Below, one piece after another: positions 26,313 through 40,281 of a stretch of DNA of 64,000 nucleotides (position 1 is the first letter of the stretch; each line of letters starts with the position of its first letter). Both the position numbers and the translations under genes were made by a program. The notes beneath the pieces were generated by a model. That model saw only the letters and a program-made list of their open reading frames with translations, searched no databases and was not told the DNA's origin. Origin of the DNA: Eledone cirrhosa (lineage: Eukaryota); assembly GCA_964016885.1 (NCBI GenBank), contig OZ024740.1, positions 286,936,001 to 287,000,000 of the forward strand. The letters run 5' to 3'.

Positions 26313-27231
26313 GGTGTTGAGGTAGTTTTGAAGGTATTAATATTAAATTAGACATTAATTAGGAAATCATTGGTGAAGCAAGTTCCAGCCACTGCAAAAC
26401 ACCATGGAACTGCATTAGTTTCACTTGGCAGATCACATTTTGCACTTGCCAACCACATGGCATTCAAGGACTTCAATGTCATGGACACTAGAGAAGGGAA
26501 AGTGGAAGAGGGGCTGGTCAAAGATTAACTGGTGCTGAACATTCCAGAACCTAGTTTTGTTGGACAGATGTTAGGAGAAGTGTGAAAGATCGATTGCATT
26601 AGTGGAAGCTTGCTGCTTTGTGTCACAAAGCATGGCAAGACCTGAGACTAAGACTAAGAGACACAGGTGGTGAAGAACCAAAATCAATAAAATACTGGAC
26701 AAAATTACCATTTGTTATTTAGATATATCTCTTTATGTTCAGAGGCACTGGAGTTAAATGTATCTTCAATCAATCTTGAGTTGATAGCATGAGTACTGAT
26801 AATATATTGCAGATTGATTTAATCAATTATACCCCTGCCCTATAAATGTGTGGCTGAGTGCCGATATTAGAAAATCAATATTCAATCAGACACATAATAT
26901 ATTGTTTGAATTTGAGAAGGAAAAAAACAATACTCTGAATTCATCCTTGTCAGCTGATATTGCATCACTTTGGTTCACTCTCTCATGTAGTTCACCTAGA
27001 TTCTCCAATTTAAGAATAAGTATTTTGCAGCAGTTTTCTAAAGATCTTTGGGAATGTACATCAATTTAGAGTTAAATATGGTCTATTCTAAACAATGTAC
27101 ATTCACTTAATATATTAACATAAGTTAGCTGACTCTATGGAAATTCCACAGTTTAATTAGAAACAACCATCAAGTATTAAAGATCAATATACCATTTTAA
27201 ATGCTATATTTATGTTATATATATAAATAAA

Positions 27232-27266
<35 letters not shown>

Positions 27267-27269
27267 GGG

Positions 27270-28922
27270 TACATAAATGATGTAGTGGGATCACAGGTAA
27301 ACTATCTAAGAACGTAGATTTTATATGTGGCTGATGCTCAGGTGCAATAAGTAGCAAGTACCCACAGGATACTAGCTCCTTCTATTGCCCAGATGGTTCT
27401 ATAGAGATAGTGGACACTTTCCGTTACCTGGGTGACAAAATCAGCAGTGGAGGAGGGTGCTCTGAAAGTACAGTAGCCAGAGTCAGAACAGGATGGAAAA
27501 AGTTCAGAGAGCTTATCCCGCTGGTGGCCACAAAAGGTGTCTCTCTGAAAATAAAAGGCAGGCTGTATGATGCCTGAATACGAACAGCAGTGCTACATGC
27601 CAGTCAGACATGGGCATTGTGTGCATAGGACCTGCGCAGACTGGAAAGGAATGAAGCATGCATGCTCCGTTGGATATGTAATAGAAATATATGTGAACTG
27701 CAAAGCATAAATGAATTTTTTTTTTATTTTTTAACTTGATAGGTTAATTTTATACATAGTTGTATAAATAACATTATAAATTGTTTACAATTCTTTCAGA
27801 ATGAAAAGATAATCAGAGCATATAAATAAATTTACAGTAGAATAACATAACAAATATGTTTTAAATATATACATAAATAACATTACAAATGCTTCAATAA
27901 CATTATAAAAGATATATTCGGAAAGATATATTCTTTTAATGTTACAATATTAAAGAAAATGTAAAGAAAAGGGGTGAACAACCGAGCCAACGCCAGAGCA
28001 AAAGACAGCAATGTTGCAAGGAGTACTGGGCAACCTCTCTAATGATTTTTGAGGCAAGCCAGCACACTCGCAGCATTGCTTTGGGTAATGGCGAGGCTGA
28101 TGTGCTGAAACAGCCAAGCGCTCTTGCGAAATTCTATTAGGCGAGCAGCCAGTGAAGAGAGGAACCTCGCAGTCAGCGGCCTGACTCCCCCAAACGTCTC
28201 AAAAGCCACAGGCTGAAAAATGTAGCTGGCCAATTAAGTGAGAAATTAGGAATAAGAGGGATCAGATGCTGTTTACTTGAGAGAAGACTACGTTGGTATG
28301 GTCACATGATGCGCATAAAAGACGACAGCTGTATAAAAAAGTGCAAGAGGGCGATCAAAATTGATGAAGTTACGGAGTAGGTAGACCCAGAAAAACCTGG
28401 GACGATTTGATAAATTCCGACCTTACACACTTGCACCTCTCTAAGACAATGTCACTGGTCCGAGATCTTTGGTGCCACACAGTAATACAGAAGACCCGCC
28501 TTGCCTATGTACAAAGCGAAACCTAGTCAGTAGGCACTTCTTAACCAAATATACACCCAATCCACTACCCCTACCCTATCCTCCCACTCCCACCAACCTC
28601 TCTCTGTAAAGTTGGTACCACAACATCCAGTCCAAATTAATGAGATAATGAGATCGAGATCGTGTAGGTGTCACGACAAAAAACACAGTCCACACTGTAA
28701 TGTGGCCGTGTAGGTAACACAGTAAAAAGTTTCCAGTTCCACACTGTAAATGTGGTTGGTGTTAAGAAGGGCATCCAGCCGTAGAAAACCTGCCAGATAG
28801 TCCTATATGAGCGAGACATGGTCACCCGACCAACCTTGCTTCAAATTGGGACAATTCCCGTCTAACCCATGCTAGTTTGGAAGATGGACGTTAAACGATG
28901 ATGATGATGATGATGATGATGA
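27270..28922 (+). mobile_element. RTE-type LINE 3' part (PHD family), interrupted by a nested CRE-like insertion
   Basis: Near-identical to reverse complement of ~31390-32515; TFRYLGD, GWKKFREL, RRLRWYGH; (GAT)n tail. Confidence 0.9.
27718..28231 (-). mobile_element. 5'-truncated CRE-like (RLE) retrotransposon with poly(A) tail
   Basis: YIFQPVAFETFGG...WLFQHISLAITQSNAASVL* is a typical RLE C-terminus; T-run at 27716-27732; AATT duplicated; the host LINE rejoins across it. Confidence 0.8.
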
Positions 28923-29167
28923 TATATATATATATATGTGTGTGTATATAATATTGTAGTTTGCTTGAATCATTGTATATAATATATACTGTCGAAAGAG
29001 ATAGAAGGCTAAACAATGCAAAATGAACTGTAAGATGAGGTAACGAAAAGTAAAAGTAAGTTACCTGATAATCTTTGTTTTGTTTTTTTGTTGTTATTGT
29101 TGTTGTTTATCTGTCCAATATTTCAGGACCTAAAAGTCAGGGTTTAAGGGTGATGTATATATATATA

Positions 29168-30100
29168 TCATCTTCATCATCATCATCATTTTACGTCCGC
29201 TCTTCCCTGCATGCAAACGTAGGACGGGTCCTATTCAGCATCTCTCCACTTGTCACGGTCCTTCGTCATCTCCACCATGCGCTTCAGCGATCTGAGGTCT
29301 GTTCTCACCACCTCCGCCCATGTTTTTCGTGGTCTTCCTCTACTACATCTTCCTTCAACTGGCATTTCTTGGCACTTCTTCACCCATCAGTCATCCTCCA
29401 TGCGCATCACATGTCCATACCATCTCAGCATTCTCTCCCACACACTACAACTTATCCTTCTTAAACACAGTTTCTCTCTCAACACATCCATGCTCTGTCG
29501 TTCACACACATTGACATTGCACATCCAACGGAGCATGCTTGCCTCATTTCTCTCCAGCTGTCACATATCCTCTGCAGTTGCTGCCCATGTCTCACTACCA
29601 TGCAGCATCGCGCACCTCACACAGGCATCATATAACCGGCCTTTTGTCAGCAGAGGAAGCAGCTCCCTAAACTTTTTCCAACCCGTCCTTATTTCTAGAT
29701 ACTATGGCCTCGGACCCCCCCCCCCCCCTCCCATGCTAATCTGATCTCCTAGGTGCCGGATCCTATCAACCACTTCTATAGAGCCCACCTGCATTTGAAA
29801 AATGTGTCTATCAATGAGATTTCTAATGTCAAATTTCTCTTTACATCTACTGCATACGTATTTCTCCCTACCTGTTAGTTTGCCTGCTATCCCACTACAT
29901 CTTTTGTGTACCCAAGATCTTCATTGTGTGCATTTTATAGAATTTATGCCAGTTTCTTTTCTGCATATCGAACATGGCCATTTCCCTGACGGAATCAGAG
30001 TTTTGTCCTCTTTTCTACTCATCAACACATTTGTCTTAGCTAGGTTCACTCTCAGTCCTCTTAATTCCAACTGCTGTTTCCATAGTACTAGCAGTGAAAC
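29168..30100 (-). mobile_element. RTE-type LINE fragment, diverged PHD-bearing subfamily
   Basis: GLRVNLAKT..GKWPCSICRK...WVHKRCSGI...CSRC, downstream RT-thumb motifs, (GAT)n tail. Confidence 0.85.
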
Positions 30101-30404
30101 CCATGCTAGTCTTGACAACTTATTAATATACATATATATACATATATATATATATATATGCAAAATGACATCAACACTCATGCGATACATAATAAATAAT
30201 AATAATGAAAATAATTGTGTACAGTGCTCAGTAACAGAACAGACATGCATGTGAGTTTGTAAGGCCAAACCTCATCCATAACCAACATTGAGTAGTGCAC
30301 TTTTATCTGCAAGACAATCAAATGTGTATAGAGAGAGATAGAGGGGGGGGGGGCAGTTTAAATTCTTTAGAAATTCAATCCATGAGACCCAAAAATTTAC
30401 CCCT

Positions 30405-30615
30405 ACCCACACCAACCATCACTATCACCACAATGACGACCACCACCGTCACCACTACTACCACCACCATCAACACTACCATCAACACCACAGTCACCCC
30501 CCCCCCCCACCTCCATCACCACCAGTGCCGCTGCCACCACCGCTACTACACCACCACCACCACCACCGCCACCACCACCACCACCACCACCGCCGCCACC
30601 ACCACCACCACCACA
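30405..30615. repeat. Degenerate (ACC)n trinucleotide repeat
   Basis: Directly visible. Confidence 0.9.
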
Positions 30616-31294
30616 GTAAAGTGAACCTGTACACAGATGAGGGCAAGTTAGAAGATAAATGTTTTGGAGTAAACCATTTAACAGAATGTCATGGGAGTGA
30701 AAGTGAGGTCTGGCTTTGAATAGAATCGAAATATTATATACATACAAACACATGTGCACACACACACACACTCACAATCAAAACACACACACCACACGCA
30801 ACCCACACATACACTTAACAATTACTGCATGTAAGAATCACTTTAGCCATTTAAAATCACACAAAAACTCTTAACTTTATATATATATATATAATATATT
30901 TCTTGGTGTCAACATTTTTGTTGCACTGTCTGCGACCTGGTCACTAGCACAGATTCCCTTTATGGAAATGGCATGTGTGTGTGTGTTCAAAATTCTTTAA
31001 AAATCCCCTGACGGTTGCATTATTTGTATCTGTATATACATATATATAAGATATAAATAAAAACATTTAAAATGTCATATTGATCTTTAATACTTGGTGG
31101 CTGTTTCTAATGAAACTATAGAATTCCCATGAGGTCAACTAGTATAGATTAATAATGGTATAAACGTTTTTTTTAAATGTTAGATTTTGTTTTGAAAGAG
31201 ATGGTTTTACTATGACACACTAATGTTCCTGAATGAAATACGCAACATTCTGTTTGCTTATCCTAGAACTTTTTCATGACATGCCACTGATATA

Positions 31295-31388
<94 letters not shown>

Positions 31389-31391
<3 letters not shown>

Positions 31392-33912
31392 TCATCATCT
31401 TCGTTTAAAGTCTATCTTCCGCGCTAGCATGGGTTAGACGGGAGTTGTCCCACTTGAGGCAAGGTTGGTCGGGTGACCGTGTCTCGCTCATATAGGACTA
31501 TCTGGCAGGTTTTCTACGGCTGGATTCCCTTCCTAACACCAACCACATTTACAGTGTGGAACTGGGAAGTTTTTACCGTGTTACCTACACGGCCACATTA
31601 CAGTATGGAGTGTGTGTGTTTTTTTTTTTGTCGTGCCACCTACACGATCTCGATCTCATTATCTCATTTATTTGGACTGGATGTTGTAGTACCAACTTTA
31701 CAGAGAGAGGGTGGTGTTGGTGGGAGTGGGAGGATAGGGTAGGGGTAGTGGATTGGGGTGTATATTTGGTTAAGAGGTGCCTACTGACTGTAGGTTTCGC
31801 TTTGTACATAGGCAAGGCGGGTCTTCTGTATTACTGTGTAGCGCCAAAGATCTCGGTCCAGTGACATTGTCTTAGAGAGGTGCAAGCGTGTAAGGTCGGA
31901 ATTTATCATATCGTCCCAGTTTTTTCTGGGTCTACCTACTCCGTAACTACCATCAATTTTGATCACCCTGCACTTGTTTATACAGCTGTCGTCTTTCATG
32001 CCCATCACGTGACCATACCAACATAGTCTTCTCTCAAGTAAACAGCATCTGATCCCTCTTATTCCTAATTTCTCACTTAATTCATTTATGCTTTGCTATT
32101 CATGTATATTACTATTACACATCCAATGGAGCATGCATGCTTTGTTCCTCTCCAGTCTGCGTATATCCTCTGCATGCAATGCCCAGGTCTCACTGCCATG
32201 TAGCATTGCTGTTCGTATACAGGCATCATACAATCTGCCTTTCATTTTGTGGCCAACAGTGGTATAAGCTCTCTGAACTTTTTCCATCCCGTTCTGACTC
32301 TGGCTACTATACTTTCAGAGCACCCTCCACCACGGCTGATTTTGTCACCCAGGTAACAGAAAGTGTCTACTATTTCTATAGAACCATCTGGGCAATAGAA
32401 GGGGCTAGTATCCTGTGGACACTTGCTACCTATTGCACCTGAGCATCGGCCACATATAAAATCTACGTTCTTAGATAGTTTACCTGTGATCCCACTACAC
32501 CTTTTATGTACCCATAGTTTGCATTTGGGACATAAAATGGAATTTCTGCCTACTCCTTTCCTACACACTGAGCATGGCCATTTCCCTGAGAGCACCTGTG
32601 CCCTATTTCCTTTCTACAAACTAGAACTTTAGTTTTAGACAAATTAACTTTAAGGCCTTTTGATTCTAGGCCATGCTTCCATGTTTGGAATTTCTTCTCT
32701 AGTTCAGCCATAGATTCAGCTATGAGAATTAGATCATCTGCATATAGGAGTTCCCGTGGGCAGCCGGTCTTAAACTCCTCTGTTATAGCCTGAAGAGCAA
32801 TAATAAATAGGAGGGGGCTAAAGACAGAGCCTTGATGAACACCAACTTTTACACTAAATTCTTCACAATATTTATTGTTAATTCTAACCTTACTGACTGT
32901 TTCTTTATACCTAGCTTGTATAGCTCTCACAAGCCATTCATCTACACCTAGTTTTCTAAGAGCCCACCCAATAATGGAGTGGGGGACTCTGTCAAAAGCT
33001 TTCTCCAGGTCTACAAAAGCTAAGTAGAGGGGTTTACTTTTAGCTAGGTACTTCTCCTGTAGTTGTCGTAAAGGAAAAGAGCGTCTGTGGTACTTTTACC
33101 TGACAAAAACCCAAACTGCATTTCATCTAGATCAATTCGCTCTCTGATTAGTTGCGCTATAACTCTTTCTGTGACCTTCATGACCTGGTCAATTAACTTA
33201 ATGCCTCTATAGTTTTCCCTATCTAGAGCATTCCCTTTACCCTTTTAGTAGTTAATGATGATGATGCTATGCCAGTCTTTTGGTATGACCCCATTCTGTA
33301 TTACTTGGTTAACTATACGGGTGACCATAGTATGTCCCACCATTCCAGATGCCTTCAACATCTCAGCAACTATCCCCGAAGGCCTAGCTGCCTTGCCTGT
33401 CTTCATATCTTTGATTGCCTTACTTATTATACTACCTTTAACTTGCTCCGCTGGTCCTTCTATTGGATCGATTTGGGGCAGACTATCTTTTTCCCATTTA
33501 TTCTTCTCATTTAATAGTCTCTCGTAGTGACACTTCCAAGCTATCTTCTTATCAGTATCAGTGAGGGCAAGTACACCATCATCATTACGGATACACTTCT
33601 CGCCAACAATATCACAGTTTTCCTTGACACATTGTCTAGCAATCCTGAACACCTCACGTTTTTGGTCCTCACGTTGTAGAACATGCTTGAACTTTCTATC
33701 CTCTGCTTCCCTTTTTGCAAGGTACACTTGTCTCCTAGCTTCTCTCCTGGCCACTTGGTAGTGTTCTCTACTTCCCCCATCCTGCCATACTTTCCAAGCC
33801 TGCTTTTTGGCCTTGATTGTCTCCTCCACCTTACTGTTCCACCACCAAGTTACTCTCCTCCTGCCAATAGGTCTGCTCCAGCCACAGATTTCATCCGTTG
33901 CTTTCAGTAGGT
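31389..33912 (-). mobile_element. RTE-type LINE, 5'-truncated ~2.5 kb, with RT, embedded PHD finger and 3'UTR
   Basis: WWN linker, KTGKAARPSGI, FVDLEKAFD, GVHQGSVFSPLLF, LLYADDL, NLSKTK, C4HC3 finger, FCYLG, GRPRKNW; several frameshifts; (GAT)n tail. Confidence 0.95.
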
Positions 33913-33928
33913 TTATATATATATATAT

Positions 33929-34997
33929 ATCATCATCATCATCATCATCATCGTTTAACGTCCATCTTCCATGCTTGCATGGGTTTGGACAGGAGTTTTC
34001 CCACTTGAGGCAAGAGTTGTTGTCTTGCTCGCATAGGACTGTCTGGTGGGTTTTCTACGGCTGGATGCCCTTCCTAACACCAACCACGTTTACAGTGTGG
34101 ACTGGGAGGTTTTTACCCTGTTACCTACACGGCCACATTACAGCGTGGACTGTGTGTTTTTTTGTCGTGTCACCTACACGACCTCATTCGTTTCGGCCTG
34201 GATGTTGTGGTACCAACATAACTTTACATTGAAAGGGGGTGGTGTGGATGGGGTGGGGGTAGTGGGACGGGGGTGTATTTTTGTTAGAGGTGCCTACTGA
34301 CTGTAGTAGGTTTCACTTTGTACTTAGTTAAGGCGGGTCTTCTGTATTACTGTGTAGCGCCAAAGATCTAGGTCCAGTGACATTGTCTTGGAGAGGTGTA
34401 AGTGTGTGAGGTTGGAATTCATCAAGTCGTCCCAGGTTTTTCTGAGTCTGCCTACTCCATGGCTACCGTCTATTTTTATTGCCCTGCACTTTTTTTATAC
34501 AGCTGTCGTCTTTCATGCACATCACATGACCGTACCAACGTAGTCTTCTCTCGAGTAAACAACATCTGATCCCTCTTATTTCTAATTTTTCCCTTAGTTC
34601 GTTTATGCTTTGCCGTTCACGTATATTACTATTACATATCCAGTGGAGCATGCAAGCTTCGTTCCTCTCCAGTCTGCGTATATCCTCTGCACACAATGCC
34701 CAGGTCTCACTGCCATGTAACATTGCTGTTCGTATGCAGGCATCATACAGCCTGCCTTTCATTTTTAGAGAGAACCCTTTAGCGGCTAATAGTGGTATAA
34801 ACTCTCTGAACTTTTTCCATCCAGTTCTGACTCTAGCTACTGTACTTTCAGAGCACCCTCCACCACTGCTGATTTTGTCACCCAGGTAACGGAAGGTGTC
34901 CACTATTTCTATAGAACCATCTGTACAATGGAATGAGCTAGTATTTTGTGGTCACTTGCTGCTACTTAGTGCACCTGAGCACCGGCCACATATAAAA

Positions 34998-34998
<1 letters not shown>
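33929..34998 (-). mobile_element. RTE-type LINE 3' kb, head-to-tail with the previous copy
   Basis: ORF 34463-34903 (TFRYLGD...RRLRWYGH) plus 3'UTR and (GAT)n. Confidence 0.9.
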
Positions 34999-35064
<66 letters not shown>

Positions 35065-36793
35065 TGAGTGAGAGAGAAATATGTGCTCTAAATGGAATCA
35101 GTAGAGCTCCCTACAGTGCTATATATATATTGTTTTATCTGGGGAGGGTCATATTGTTATAATATTGCCAGAAATAATAATAAAACACACTCACTGTTTG
35201 GTTTGGATTGGTTTTCGCTTTTGTATATTTATATCCCTATAGTTAATTTAGCTGGCAATCAATGTTTATCATTGATTGACTAACAGTTAAAAATATGGAT
35301 ATAAATATATATATATAGTCTATCAGAGTTTTTTCAGCACACACCTGTGACATCATCAATAGAACTATTATGTTTCATCCTGTTGTATTGTAATGTTTAC
35401 GCCATTATATATATATATGTATGTATATGATGGCTGCAAACTCTGTTAAGAGTATTGCAATCGCTTGTCAGATTATAGAGTTTGCTGCACTTTTGGGCTA
35501 TGGCCAGCCACTCAAACTTTTAACATATCCTGAACAAGCAATGCCTGTGCTTTGAAGGTTTTTTTAAGTGGGAAAAGGCCTTGCACTTGACTAATCCCAC
35601 TCTCTGAACATTGAAAACACTACCTGAAAAGGAGAACTGGTCAACATCATCGGATGCTTCCAAAGCCGCAGGTTTTTTTTTTTCCGAGTTTTCCTCTCCT
35701 AGAAAGGTGTTGTTACATCAACTCGGGGGGGGGGGGGGGGGGGGGGGGGGGCTTTCACTCCCAGGTGAAAAAAAGGCAAAGTACTAATTGGATGGCCGTT
35801 GACTCTGCTGAGTTCCTCCGCTCTTTGCCGGGTCTTGTATTTCATCCCGCAGGGAGTCCAAATATCACCTTCCTCACCAATCTAGCTTGGTGGAGTTTGC
35901 CGGTTTAGTCACTGATGGCCTAACCATGAGACAAGTTGTACTGGGTTACATGTTACCAGTAGCACTCGAAAGCGACCTGATATATATATATATATATAGT
36001 GCTATAGGGGGCTCTACTGATTCCATCTAAAGTACATATTTCTCTTTGAAATATGTACTTTGTATATATACAATATATTGTGTATTCTCAATAATATATG
36101 GTCCTCTCTCACTCTCTCTCTCTCTCTATATATATATATACATATATCTTTTACATTTGAATTATATATATATATATTTATTAAAATAACAGATTAAAGT
36201 TTAAGCAACGAATCACTGCCTTCACCCTTAACGGGATCTTCCCTGTTATTTTAATAAATATTTGCTCTATGGTTTTATATATTTTGATATGTATTATCCT
36301 TATCGAGCCCTTTTCGGATTTTAGTCTTCACATTTATTATTATTACTATGTCTATATATATATAGACACTGCCCACAACAGGACAACCCGTCTAACCCAT
36401 GCTAGCGTGGAAGAACGGACGTAAAACGGTGATGATGATATATATATATATATATATATAGATGCATATATAAAATAAACAGCATGTTATGCCCAACATC
36501 TAAAACATATTTAGTCATAGAGTGGAATGGTACTTAGGGAACATAATCCAAGTTGTAGCAGCAAGGAGTATGAAACTAACTGTGCAGTTTTTAACTTTTT
36601 AAGGTCTTGTCAAAGTTCAATTCATCCGAAGGCCCATATATAGACTGTAGTTATTCACACTGGGTGAATATTTTGTACTGCTGTTAGTCTAAAAATGATT
36701 AAGAAATTACTAATACATCACATGCACCAGTATTATATGTAATTTTATTGTACCATATGTGTGTGTTGAGTCTTTGCGTATATTTGTGTACAG

Positions 36794-36826
<33 letters not shown>

Positions 36827-37072
36827 TATATACATATCAACACGTAACACAAGTAGAAAGTAACTATATGGTTGTATTATACACACATATACATGCAATA
36901 TATATATATATAAGTATATATAAACACATACATATCAAGTTAACTGATGAGAAATTGCCAGTGAATAATATTTAAGCTCAATGTGTTTATGTCATTACAG
37001 TTAGAAATATATAGAGAAGTATCATTTATGACTAGAAGAAAAAAGGCAGCATATTTAACACAGAGTATATAT

Positions 37073-37256
37073 CAGACCTGCCAATCTCTAAAAACCCAAA
37101 TGGGGAGTACCATGAAAAAAAGGGCCCCAAAACAGAGAAATGAGGCAAAATAGGGGAGATTTTACATAATGAAAGTTTTATCCATTTTCACAATACATCT
37201 CTCACCCCAAAATAGGTGGAAGATTTCCTGATCCAAGGGTAGAGTTGACAGGTCTG
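37073..37256. mobile_element. MITE with ~17-bp TIRs (probably hAT-type)
   Basis: CAGACCTGCCAATCTCTA ... TAGAGTTGACAGGTCTG; TSD not clean. Confidence 0.7.
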
Positions 37257-37504
37257 ATATAGAACAAATTGTGATGTCAGATAAGAGTTTTTATATACAT
37301 ATATATATATATACATACAACTTTGCCACTAACCCATGAGCTGCAACTAAAAGGAAGAGATATTGATGAGGCCCAACATATTGATTAGCCAAGAAAAAGG
37401 AGAAGTAAAAGAGGTGGCAGACACAGAATATCTAACAAATGTTAATAAAAATATTTTCCATCTGTTTGACAATTAAATCCTATAAAAAGACAGACATAAC
37501 GAAC

Positions 37505-37589
<85 letters not shown>
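37505..37589. repeat. (AG)n microsatellite
   Basis: Directly visible. Confidence 0.95.
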
Positions 37590-37592
<3 letters not shown>

Positions 37593-37829
37593 AACATATC
37601 AATTTGAAAAAAGGAGTCTCGCATGCTCATGGGTTAGTGGCAAATTTTCTCTTATTTGTAAATAGTCGTTAAGACTATTTTGTCCATTTGTTACTGTCCC
37701 TTGTGCACTAGAGCCAGTTGTATCAATCTAAAATCACTGAAACAACATATCTCTAGCGGTCGACTGATGAGAGGGGACTGTCTGTAATCATTCCTTTTCC
37801 TGTCTTCACCCCTATTTTTTATTCCTATA

Positions 37830-38132
37830 TGGCTTAGTGGTTAGAGCATTGGCCTTGCAATCGAAAGGTTGTGAGTTCAATTCTCAGACCGGGTGATGTG
37901 TTGTTTCCTTGAGCAAGACACTTTATTTCACATTGCCCCAGTTGGAGAAATGAGATGATAAGGACTGGCGTCCATATCATTCCACTGCAAAGTGGTCGTG
38001 CAGGTGCCACGGAAAAAAAGCACCCAGCACTCACTGTAAATGAGGTTGGTGTTAGGAAGGGCATCCAGCTGTAGAAATCAAGCCAGAATCAGTTCCCGTC
38101 CCACCCTTGCAAGCAGGGAAAAGCGGACGTAA

Positions 38133-38173
<41 letters not shown>
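37830..38173 (+). mobile_element. SINE family A
   Basis: Near-identical to 25973-26312. Confidence 0.9.
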
Positions 38174-38559
38174 ATATATACTGTATTATAAGTTTGGTAG
38201 AAATATCCAAGGGCAAGAACACTCAGTCCATAGGACGAGTTAAGTATAATCAGTTACAACAGTGACATAAACAGGTATTTAAGTTTCATTGGGTTAAACA
38301 CCCCAACTCATTTAGACTGTTATATAAATAAAGATGGCTACCTCCACAGATTATTTTGAAGTTTTTAGAAAATACTGGAGGGCTCTTCAAGGGCAGATAA
38401 TCTTGAATTTAGCTATAAATAGACAAATCTTTTAGGTAATCTAAAGGAGGTAATTATAAAAAATCCACAAAGGTGGGCAACTTGTATTGTGCAAAGTTAG
38501 AAATTTGAAGAAATTAAATTCAATTAATCTGGTCTATACCATTTTCTCAGAATTAATTT

Positions 38560-39080
38560 TTCTTTGTGTGGACAGCGACCAAAGCGGTGGAGGCAAGTAT
38601 TTAAGCAGTGTTTCTCTGAAGCAAGTTGCAAGAATATATACTACTTTTCTGAGTTACACAACTGGCAAAATTTTGTCCCATTAACATAGGGGGTGGATTT
38701 TTCTAATATATCCCATTTAATAGAAAATGCTGTGCTGTTATTTTTGACGTTCCACACATGAGTGGCATGTTTTTTGTTAGCGATTGAATATTTGTTGGTA
38801 TTTATGGCTTCCAGGGAATTGAAGATCTAGGAGGGATATGAATTTTCTATCTATATCGATCATCACATTAAGTGCAAATAGTGGCATGAACCACACAACA
38901 TCTTTATGTCTAGGTTTTTTCTTTCTAGATGTAGGACAGTGATCTGGAGAGTAAGTGATTCTTTCAGAGAAGTCACTATTGCTTAAGACTGAGTTGCAGT
39001 AGGGCGCTGACTTGTTAAAGATGGCTTTGCTAGAAGAGGGGTTGAATACCCTCTTACTGATGTTAGATATCTTGTGCAAA
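38560..39080 (-). mobile_element. Penelope-like element remnant
   Basis: KDVVWFMPLFALNV..DIDRKFISLLDLQFPGSHKYQQIFNR and TPYVNGTKFCQLCNSEK match PLE linker and GIY-YIG C-terminal motifs (WFNPP..IFNRN; C.LC..EK). Confidence 0.75.
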
Positions 39081-39554
39081 CAATTTTATCAGTTATTTAC
39101 TAAAGTTGTTATCTTAGACCAATCTATTCAATATTCCCCCTAAATACCATATTTTTCACACTTCTTATTAACTATATTTTTTGTTAGTTTATCTTTTCTT
39201 TGCGGATAGAGATGTGCATGTGCATATAAATATTTATGTGTTCACATGTAGACTCATGCTGATTGACAGTGAAACATATGTAATATGTAATTAAATATGT
39301 ATATGATGCAACACTGATTCTGTGTTCCCTTATATATTATTAATTTACACCTCTAATACCTATATATATATATATAAGTATATCCTTTCTTGACTTCTGA
39401 TGACATGCATTTGAAAATGAATGCCATGTGAATGATTATTAATTGTAACAGAGTGGTTCATTGTTTACATGTATTTACATGACTTTCATCTGTATAGAAA
39501 CAATCGTTGAGATTAAAGATGGATTTGCTTTTAAAATTTTGGTTTATTCAGTAT

Positions 39555-39886
39555 TCATCATCATCATCATCATTATTTTACGTCCGCTTTTCCCTGCTTG
39601 CAAGGGTGGGACGGGAACTGATTCTGGCTTGATTTCTACAGCTGGATGCCCTTCCTAACACCAAACTCATTTACAGTGAGTGCTGGGTGCTTTTTTTCCG
39701 TGGCACCTCCACGTCCATTTTACAGTGTGGGCTGGGTGCTTTTTTGTCGTGGCACCTCCACGACCACTTTTGCAGTGGAATGATAGGGACCCCAGTCCTA
39801 TCATCTCATTTCTACAGCTGAGTAAACTGGAACAATGTGAAATAAAGTGTCTTGCTCAAGGAAACAACACATCACCCGGTCTGAGA
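39555..39886 (-). mobile_element. SINE family A, 5'-truncated, followed by long (TA)n (39890-40045)
   Basis: Reverse complement of 25973-26312 lacking the tRNA head. Confidence 0.9.
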
Positions 39887-39915
39887 TACATATACATACA
39901 TATATATATATACAT

Positions 39916-40032
<117 letters not shown>

Positions 40033-40097
40033 CATACACATATATGTAATGAAGATCTAATGCTTCATCCTTTTTATTATTATTATTAGTATATATT

Positions 40098-40281
40098 GGC
40101 GGTGGATTGGCAGTATCAGTAGAGGGTTGGACGCCAAGCTTTGCAGCATAGAGTTACGGCCGTTTATGATCTGAGTTCAAATCCTGTCGAGGTTAACTTT
40201 GCCTTTCATCCTTACGGGGTCGATAAAATAAAGTACCAGTAATACACTGGAATAATTGCTGGCCTTGTGCCAAAAGTAGAA
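40098..40281 (+). mobile_element. SINE family B, full-length
   Basis: GGCGGTGGATTGGCAGTATC head, B-box, central domain; TSD tagtatata. Confidence 0.9.
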
